A stretch of DNA of 32,000 nucleotides from Candidatus Woesearchaeota archaeon (GTDB taxonomy: Archaea; Nanobdellota; Nanobdellia; Woesearchaeales; UBA11576): positions 72,456-104,455 of the forward strand of contig JABGYH010000001.1 of NCBI GenBank assembly GCA_018675335.1. Direction: 5' to 3'. A model generated the notes under the pieces. The model saw only the letters and a program-made list of their open reading frames with translations. It ran no database searches and was not told the DNA's origin. The position numbers and the translations under genes are program-made. Position 1 is the stretch's first letter. Each line of letters opens with the position of its first letter. Below, piece after piece: positions 25,201 to 30,324 of this stretch.

Positions 25201-27369
25201 TTAGATGGAATAGATTATGAAATTAATTTATTGTATGTTAATGAACAAAAAGTTAAATTTCAAATCAATGGAGAAATTACTCCACTCTTAAACACAAATC
25301 AATATTTCACTTTAAACGATGGAAATGAAATTTATGCAACAACCACTAATTATCAACCAACTGTCTTTGGAGATCATGAAGCAATTGTTTGTTTAACAGA
25401 TATTTCTCACAGTAACGAAGGAGAAGGATTTCCAGTTTGTAATGGTGAAATAAATAACCTAATAGCAGAAGGTGAAGAAAAAAACTATTTAATGAATGGA
25501 GAAATCATCTCAGTTACTCTTGATGAAGTTACAGAATTTCAAGCAAACTTTAATGTAAATGGAGAACAAACAGAATTATTAACTACTCAAGAAACATTTA
25601 CTTTATCAAATAATGGAGAAATAACTCCGTTAGAAATTTTATACCAACCATTTATTGGTGGAATTAAATCTTCTGAATTTTGTTTAGATTATAATATTGA
25701 ACCAAGCAATCAACAGTTAATGAACTTGCTTGAAACTTCTTTAGAGGATAGTAGTTTAGGACAAGCAATTAACAACAATTCATATTTATGTTTTGAAGTT
25801 TTTAGTGAAGAATCAGGACTGCACTCTTATAACGCAGAATTAGAAAATGAAAATAATAATTGGAATATTAACTTAGATCAAGAATTTTGTGATGGTAATG
25901 AATCTGAAGATTATAATTTCCGTTACCAAAGTATTGATGAATTTCAAGAATCTATGAATAATTTTACTTGTAATTTCTTAAAACAAGATTTCAATAATGC
26001 ATATTATTTATTGCCCTCAAAATATGCAGAAAATGGCAACTTCATATTTGAAGAAGAACAATGTTCAGTTTATGGAATGGTTTGGAATGCTTGTTTCACA
26101 AATTTTGAAAAAATAATTTATGACATTCCTAAATGTGAAGGATTAGGTCCAGAAGAAATTCCACCGCCAGTAGCAACTCTTACAACTGACATAGTATTTG
26201 GCGAAGCACCACTTGATGTTACGTTTAATTGTAGTGTTGAAAATGGCACTGCGCCGTTTAATTATACATTAAATTTTGGGGATGGAAATTTTACTGAATT
26301 AAATAATTCAGTAGAAACATATTTTGAAGCAACACATAATTTTAATGAATCTGGAAATTACACAGGAGTTTGCACAATTACTGACGCAAATGAAGATAAT
26401 AGTGAATCATCTACTGAAGTTAAAGTTTTTGCAATTGGAGAACTTCCTGAAACATTAGAATTTGATTTAATAGCATTACCAAATTCAGGTTTAAATCCAT
26501 TACAAGTTAACTTTTTTGCAAATGTAACTAATGGTACCGCCCCTTATTCGTTTAAATGGGATTTCAGTTATGATAATCAAGATATCTCTGTTGAGTCAAC
26601 AAATCAACAACAATTACATATTTACAATCTACCAGGAACTTATACTGCATTCCTAAGTGTTACTGATGATTCAGGTCAAACAAGTAACCTAACAAAAGAG
26701 ATTATAGTATCATCTTTAGAAAGAGATGTAGGGGTTATTAATTTGAATTATCCTAAATTTGATTCAACAACCTATCTTAATGATACAGTTGAAATTGACG
26801 CGACAATAATTAATAATGGCAATTCTGAAGAAGAAATAGAAATTGAATTTTTAATCAACAATGTGGTTGAAGAATCAACATTAATAATCCTTGCAGGAAA
26901 TGGCGCAACTAAACAAATTTTATTTAACTTTAGTGCAGGAGAATTAGGTTATCAAAATCTTAAGGTAAGAGTAAAAACTCTTCCAGGTGAAACTAATTTT
27001 GCTAATCAACAATTATCTTACAATGCATTAGTTTGGAGTGTTGATGACATTATTAGTCAAGCAACAAGAGAATTATTTTTTAATGAAACTTCAATTAATA
27101 ATGGAGAATCATTTACAGTTCATCTGCCACTTCAAAATGATTGGAATGCAGAGGATTATGCATTTAAAGATTTAATGGCTGAGTTAGTTTTTGATAATGA
27201 AAGTTTCACGTCAAATCCCGATGCAATCCAATTAGTTGACTTTAATGAAGGAGAATTTAAAGTTCTTACTTGGAATTTAGAATCAAATACGACAGGCACA
27301 TTTGATATTGGCGCAAATTTAGGTAATAATGAAATCATTATTGCTTCCAAGCAAGTGGAGGTGATCTAA
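19297..27369 (+). CDS. Giant secreted surface protein (2690 aa): about 17 PKD-like domains, one Fn3, a Cys-rich non-PKD central insert and a C-terminal CARDB-like domain; no membrane anchor
   Basis: The signal peptide is HLIILLFVVSMIPANVSG|LQ. PKD hallmarks (W-D-F-G-D-G type motifs: WDYGD, WDFGDN, WNFGDG, WSWDFNEDG, NFGDGN) recur every ~90 aa. An Fn3-like domain lies at nt 23455-23727 (ITNITITELTNQSVIISWTTDE...YNFTIEACN). A CARDB-like domain lies at nt ~26717-27040 (DVGVINLNYPKF...VEIDATIINNGNSEEEIEIEF). Many N-x-S/T sequons are present. Confidence 0.9.
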   Translation: MNSNKKSQKLHFVATHLIILLFVVSMIPANVSGLQDLPPICNIMPNSNEVITTAVITITATDVLANAGINTMRIYEDGNLLNTKSCYGVSTCVFTKTIVHTSSSNHAYYGVAIDNSGQSTTSETIQISFEGINNPPIITSYSPENVIVELPEQESQKFTITASDQENDPITFEWYKGPSKINGANTNSYTISENVDDNESFILVARALDNNGGVTVKGWVVTIIDSAPTINLNTYPVIDEGFTAILEANANAYDGISSVFWDYGDQTSEFGNTQSHHSYDDQGVYTISATVADLDGDEITDTFDLTVLDVQPTIISLTCPISITEGETAEFSVQAISGSDKDLISNYVWDFGDNTQTQEGQNLNEATHEFTSSSATTVSVLVHDEDGFVEDNCFVVIGDTDPQASFSYQPNNPLEHATVEFTDMSIEGYDPITNWDWNFGDGDISQEQNPTHEFTDGTWTISLTVTDSDNSQDTIQQLITVSNNPPTVAFNSDVTEGVEELTVEFECEITDGNIPYDYVISYGDGNSDNGQTDEQTIQTIHTYEEDGDYQATCTTTDMDDDTDSDIVDITVITNSPIVSLNANPNEGEEELVVDFTCDISEGNAPFSYVMTYGDTTEEVGQTEESVIEFTHNYFGGEYTATCTITDKDGDTNSDLADISVQNNAPEVSLNVTPNQGIEPLTVEYTCDGIGGNGELSYLILFDDNLAQSVENIGSYTYNQEGIYALTCAVTDIDGDTTQKNFDVDVTDSVPTNVDINYDLEFIEEMDSVLFSGTADAYDLPLSWSWDFNEDGIEDSAEQNPEYVFTQSGIFIVNLTVTDFDGSKTSTIEIIEVLDNVPTIALSVEPTTGLEPITTQISCETEVGAGNTPYTYNIKFGTTEDPQEIVTDEIQVNLEHTYDNGSFNLSCTITDVDGDFVTTSTQVNITDSTPTDLSINFNPENPVEGEEVNFIGNANAYDLPLIWSWDFNEDGVEDSTEQNPEFTVTHNDSYNVSLTVFDNDGSKEVIYTQIEISNNIPGANLISDVVEGIEPLTVEFTCEPTQDTTSPSLNYNLNFGDGNFEQINSELDSEIFTHVYNTTNDLAGSDFQEFNAFCNITDFDGDTSTSENISINVSDVDPIADFSFNPEIPAELVLVQFTDESITVDQITSWNWNINNTNNNNTSLDFNSTQNASYQFTEGTYEITLTITEPDGDQDDITKTIEVTDDAPIVTLIADPNSGIEPVNVSFICNSIGGNDPINYLLNFGLNEFNSTSNTFLSIGSPIETNQIYEEGTYEINCSATDFDGDKATDIVSIEVQDSIPIINFTFEPEVINSYQEVIFTPTVEGYDSPFTYEWSFENYPALTITDEIMKFVFNHGDIYPLTLTVTDSDGSEKTIKKDIIVPIDETAPEITNITITELTNQSVIISWTTDEIAANVINYGILNIDENTIDVELSPELNNSVKLINLTAETNYNFTIEACNSDNICSESDQLNFTTLDTLPVLMSLEVTPLEGYEPLTVNVNCTIKNAIGPITYDIEYGDNSDLFNTTNTQGLIEEFSIIKTHEYNLSEDLNSEVFDLTCSISDANDYSNSKEANIIVNDSIPTNLNFNWSVYAMDLLNEPVPQNAYVYFSSEFNSYDSPSTVMWDFNNDGIIDDFGLEEVYVFDAPGTYTVNMTVSDADLDETSITKEIEVYETNLTPPNVNSVNALPSNLIYGSDINTLIISNVNDDNYAIDNVRYEITNLNLGNQMNTLFASPIQEETCTFTVENISQEFTLNEDEIIQFEFEGQTYDLEVESIWNNFCYIEIGYYDNNNDWIWDDQDVKKDESELINGINISVSEVYDPWGPRGFCLFESEYQGETKTGWIDSYGQGLEINGFDFDVDWVDDVEKTCDFEIDQGNAEAYFEEMEIGELINFNGIKMTLLDVKGASENRWAALYQPITSGIYDVQVIANNVVNSVNDSEHTEFIVEGIGDEICTIVSQNEGAQLINLDGIDYEINLLYVNEQKVKFQINGEITPLLNTNQYFTLNDGNEIYATTTNYQPTVFGDHEAIVCLTDISHSNEGEGFPVCNGEINNLIAEGEEKNYLMNGEIISVTLDEVTEFQANFNVNGEQTELLTTQETFTLSNNGEITPLEILYQPFIGGIKSSEFCLDYNIEPSNQQLMNLLETSLEDSSLGQAINNNSYLCFEVFSEESGLHSYNAELENENNNWNINLDQEFCDGNESEDYNFRYQSIDEFQESMNNFTCNFLKQDFNNAYYLLPSKYAENGNFIFEEEQCSVYGMVWNACFTNFEKIIYDIPKCEGLGPEEIPPPVATLTTDIVFGEAPLDVTFNCSVENGTAPFNYTLNFGDGNFTELNNSVETYFEATHNFNESGNYTGVCTITDANEDNSESSTEVKVFAIGELPETLEFDLIALPNSGLNPLQVNFFANVTNGTAPYSFKWDFSYDNQDISVESTNQQQLHIYNLPGTYTAFLSVTDDSGQTSNLTKEIIVSSLERDVGVINLNYPKFDSTTYLNDTVEIDATIINNGNSEEEIEIEFLINNVVEESTLIILAGNGATKQILFNFSAGELGYQNLKVRVKTLPGETNFANQQLSYNALVWSVDDIISQATRELFFNETSINNGESFTVHLPLQNDWNAEDYAFKDLMAELVFDNESFTSNPDAIQLVDFNEGEFKVLTWNLESNTTGTFDIGANLGNNEIIIASKQVEVI
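19699..24312 (+). repeat. Coding tandem array of ~270-nt PKD/Ig-like domain repeats (interrupted by one Fn3 unit)
   Basis: Each unit ends in a short linker of the form V-x-[DN]-x-x-P. Two alternating subtypes are visible: a Cys-pair type (E-P-L-T-V-E-F-T-C ... C-x-I-T-D-x-D-G-D) and a W-x-W-D-F type. A second short array lies at 26158-26716. Confidence 0.85.
27357..27366 (+). promoter_or_regulatory. Perfect 10-nt Shine-Dalgarno GGAGGTGATC inside the last codons of the giant gene
   Basis: It is the exact complement of the conserved 16S rRNA 3' end GAUCACCUCC. It is followed by TAA (27367-69) and then directly by the ATG at 27370. Confidence 0.75.
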
Positions 27370-29139
27370 ATGAATACAATTAAAAATCACAAAATGGATG
27401 ATATTAAAAATCACAAAATAAAATCAAGTATTGGAAAAAAAATAAATAAAGCATTCATGTTTTGCATGTTATTTTGTATCATACTTATTTCAGCCTCAGG
27501 AATTGCATTTGGTGCTGAATGTAGTGGAACTTTAAGTGCACCTACTAAGTCATTATATGTGGGCGAACAATTCGATATTAATTTCTTCAATGCAGAAGCA
27601 ACAAGTAATGGAATGGATGTTAATTTAACTCTTTCACCAAATTTAGCAACACTTGATACAAATCCTCAAGCAGGAATTCCTTTTACAACTAATTCATGGA
27701 CTGTTAATAGTTCAGCAACTGGAAATTTACTTAGTAATGTAAAAATAATTGGTTTATGTGAAAAAAATTTTACTATTAAAATTATTAATCAAGTAGAAGA
27801 TCCAAATATTGAAATTAATTTAAGCGAAATTCCAGAGTTAACTCTTGGAACCAGTCATGAATTTAATGTAACTCTTAATAATACTGGACTTGGCAATGCT
27901 ACTGAAATTAGTGGTATTTTATCAACTGCTACAAACAGCGCAATTATCCCTGATTCATTTAGTAATTTTAATTTAGAACCTAATACTTCAAAAACAGATT
28001 CGTATATGATAACTCCAACTCAATGTGGAACTGATACATTAACTATTTTAGTTAATAACTACAAAAATGAAAATAGCGAATTAATGGTCCCAGTTTTAAA
28101 AGAAGCAACATACTCAGTTACCGGATCAGATATTGCATTTACAACAATCAGTGCAGAAAACAATTTCAAAGAAGGTGAAAATTTTGAAGTAAATTTCACC
28201 ATTGAAAATTTAAAAAATATTAATGCATCAGACATAATTGTTAATTTTTACAAAAATGAATCATTACTAGGTTCAAAATCAATTAATTTGTTAGTTGCAA
28301 ATAATCAATCAGAACACACAATTAGTTTATCAGGAGATAGTTTTCATGCAGGAAATCACACATTAAAAGCAAGCATAGAATCATTAAATGAGTGTAGTTC
28401 AAAGAATAATGAAATTGAATTTGAAGTTACAAACATTGTTGGTGGAACTTGTTCAGATAAAATTAAAAACGGTGATGAAACCGGAACTGACTGTGGCGGT
28501 AGTTGTAGTAGTTCATGTACGCCTGATGAACCAACTATCCCTTCTGGAAATGGTGGTAGTCCAAGTGGTTCAGGGAATACAATTAAAATTGAATTATCAG
28601 AAGATCTTCCCAGTGTAACAGTTATTGTTTACAAAAGCGATACTGTAAAACTTATTTTTGAAGACAAACCATATTATCTTAATTTTGATAAATTATATGC
28701 TAACAAAGGAAGAATTACACTTAGACTTCCAGGACCAGATACAGTAAAAATGTTGGATGAAGATCAAACTTTAAATGTAGATATTAATAAAAATGGAACT
28801 GAAGATATTGGAATAACCATGGAAGAAATTAATACAGGTAAAGCAAATATTAAATTCGAATTATTATCTGCAAAAAAAATAACTCCGAACATAATTCCTA
28901 TGACTTCAAAAAAAGTTGATTCAGAAGTAAATACTACAGAGTCAGATAAACCTGACGAATCACAATTAAAGGAAGCGAAAACAGATGTTAAAGAATCTTT
29001 TTCCGAAGGAATTTTGAGTTTTATTGAAACTTTTTCAGTTAGATCAAAAGCACCTGTTTTTGGAGGAATTGCTTTATCATTAGCAATTATTGTGTTAGGA
29101 CTAGGAATTTATTTTGTTATTAGTAGAAAAAAAGAATAA
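27370..29139 (+). CDS. Surface protein with signal peptide, CARDB-like repeats, a 4-Cys module and a C-terminal TM anchor
   Basis: 589 aa. The signal peptide is FMFCMLFCIILISASGIAFGA|EC. CARDB-like segments include NLSEIPELTLGTSHEFNVTLNNTGLGNA and TISAENNFKEGENFEVNFTIENL. The 4-Cys module C-SDKIKNGDETGTD-C-GGS-C-SSS-C maps to nt 28450-28518. The C-terminal helix PVFGGIALSLAIIVLGLGIYFVI plus RKKE maps to nt ~29054-29136. I counted about 15 N-x-S/T sequons by eye. Confidence 0.85.
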   Translation: MNTIKNHKMDDIKNHKIKSSIGKKINKAFMFCMLFCIILISASGIAFGAECSGTLSAPTKSLYVGEQFDINFFNAEATSNGMDVNLTLSPNLATLDTNPQAGIPFTTNSWTVNSSATGNLLSNVKIIGLCEKNFTIKIINQVEDPNIEINLSEIPELTLGTSHEFNVTLNNTGLGNATEISGILSTATNSAIIPDSFSNFNLEPNTSKTDSYMITPTQCGTDTLTILVNNYKNENSELMVPVLKEATYSVTGSDIAFTTISAENNFKEGENFEVNFTIENLKNINASDIIVNFYKNESLLGSKSINLLVANNQSEHTISLSGDSFHAGNHTLKASIESLNECSSKNNEIEFEVTNIVGGTCSDKIKNGDETGTDCGGSCSSSCTPDEPTIPSGNGGSPSGSGNTIKIELSEDLPSVTVIVYKSDTVKLIFEDKPYYLNFDKLYANKGRITLRLPGPDTVKMLDEDQTLNVDINKNGTEDIGITMEEINTGKANIKFELLSAKKITPNIIPMTSKKVDSEVNTTESDKPDESQLKEAKTDVKESFSEGILSFIETFSVRSKAPVFGGIALSLAIIVLGLGIYFVISRKKE

Positions 29140-29151
29140 AGTAAATAATTA

Positions 29152-29229
29152 TTTTTTGATTTAATTTATTATTTAATTTATTTCATTATTTAATTTATTT
29201 TATTATTATTTATTTTATTATTTATTTTT
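29152..29229 (+). terminator. T-rich low-complexity tract with imperfect ATTTAATTTATT-type tandem repeats (likely terminator of the surface cluster)
   Basis: A T6 starts 13 nt after the stop. It is followed by repeated (T)ATTTA/TTATT units and a T5 at 29225-29229. Confidence 0.4.
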
Positions 29230-29476
29230 CTCCCATTTAGCATTAAAACCAATATCAACTTCACATATCAAAAATACGCAAATTCTTTTTAAATTTAAAC
29301 ATGTCATTTATTTAATATAAAACTCACATTCTCTAAAAATAATTATCATCTTCTAAAAATAATTATAATAATACACTATAATAATATATTAGAATAAAAA
29401 TTAAGAGATATTTCACCCAAACATTTATAAAAAAGAATACTAAAATAAACATAATATAGATTATAACTCAATATTT

Positions 29477-29549
29477 GGGCCCGTTGTCTAGTGGCTATGA
29501 TATCGCCTCGACAAGGCGGGGGTCCCCGGTTCGAGTCCGGGCGGGCCCA
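29477..29549 (+). tRNA. tRNA-Val(GAC)-like, with atypical anticodon loop UCGACAA (C at position 33)
   Basis: 73 nt. Acceptor GGGCCCG/CGGGCCC, A73, T arm CCCGG-TTCGAGT-CCGGG, anticodon stem TCGCC/GGCGG, loop TCGACAA. The antisense ORF 29376..29600 (...ARPDSNRGPPP...) is an artefact of translating the tRNA. Confidence 0.7.
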
Positions 29550-29585
29550 TAAAAATAATTTTAAAAAAGAGGTGTTAAATTTTTT

Positions 29586-30236
29586 ATGGAACTTCCACAA
29601 TATACGCTTAAACCAAATACATTTAGAATGGTTACTCCTTGGATCATTAAACTTCTAGTTTTATCAACTCTTTTTTATACAGGAATCATACTAGCAATGA
29701 AACTTTCATTAAAAATGGAAATTCCCAGTTTCATTCATCCAATAATTGGATTAGTTCTATTGGCATTAGTCATTATTCAAACAATTTTATACAAAGTTAA
29801 ATTTGGAAAATTCAAATATGTTTTTTTCACAAATAGAATTGAATTTGAAGGTGAAAAACCACTAACATTTTTATTTACAGATTTTAAAAGCATAAATATC
29901 AAACAAGATTTCTTAGATAAACTATTTGGAACAGGAAATATACTTTTAGAACCTAATTTTAAAATAGATCATATTTCTAACATTAAACAAATTGAAGGTT
30001 ATTTGAATCAATTAATTACTTATTTTCAAAAAAGTCGTTCATCATATCAAGGATTCAAACCATTTCATGACAATAAACAACCACTCAATAAGCAGTCTCA
30101 ACAACCAAATTATAAGAATACACAACAAACTGCGACCCAATCAAATCCACAAACTAACACTCAAGCAAAACAACCCTCAACTCAAACACCTGCACCCTTT
30201 CCAAGTAACACTCCAATTCCAACAAATAATCAATAA
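29586..30236 (+). CDS. Membrane protein with bacterial PH-like (bPH_2/YdbS-type, DUF304) domain and Q/P/T/N-rich tail
   Basis: Two N-terminal TM helices are followed by YVFFTNRIEFEGEKPLTFLFTDFKSINIKQDFLDKLFGTGNILLE, which is typical of membrane-flanked bPH domains. The C-terminal 60 aa are low complexity. Confidence 0.7.
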   Translation: MELPQYTLKPNTFRMVTPWIIKLLVLSTLFYTGIILAMKLSLKMEIPSFIHPIIGLVLLALVIIQTILYKVKFGKFKYVFFTNRIEFEGEKPLTFLFTDFKSINIKQDFLDKLFGTGNILLEPNFKIDHISNIKQIEGYLNQLITYFQKSRSSYQGFKPFHDNKQPLNKQSQQPNYKNTQQTATQSNPQTNTQAKQPSTQTPAPFPSNTPIPTNNQ

Positions 30237-30324
30237 AAAAAAAAAAAAATCATAATTAAACAAAAGCTTAACCAACTAAAACAAAGTTAAACAAATAAAA
30301 TTATTGTTAATCGAGGTGAATAAA

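Noticed and set aside
29332-29366. The direct repeat TCTAAAAATAATTAT (29332-29346 and 29352-29366, 20-nt period) upstream of tRNA-Val.
   Set aside because: It is a very low-complexity A/T sequence about 110 nt from the tRNA, with no associated motif. It is most simply replication-slippage noise in an AT-rich spacer.
14179-29549. tRNA-flanked block (two tRNA-Thr upstream, tRNA-Val downstream), considered as a possible integrated genomic island or mobile element.
   Set aside because: I found no integrase, transposase or recombinase ORF. I also found no duplicated tRNA 3' fragment or att-like direct repeat at the far end. The compositional shift covers only the first two genes. Foreign origin stays possible, but a mobile element cannot be supported.
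29376-29600. A 74-aa minus-strand ORF (…WARPDSNRGPPPCRGD…).
   Set aside because: It is the antisense translation of the tRNA gene at 29477-29549, and the ARPDSNRGP-type peptide is a classic tRNA artefact. The remainder is AT-rich intergenic sequence.
30235-30249. An A15 homopolymer overlapping the stop codon of the bPH-domain gene.
   Set aside because: It lies at or after the stop, so slippage would not change the protein much. On the coding strand it is not an oligo-T terminator, and there is no minus-strand gene nearby to terminate. It is probably just low-complexity spacer.
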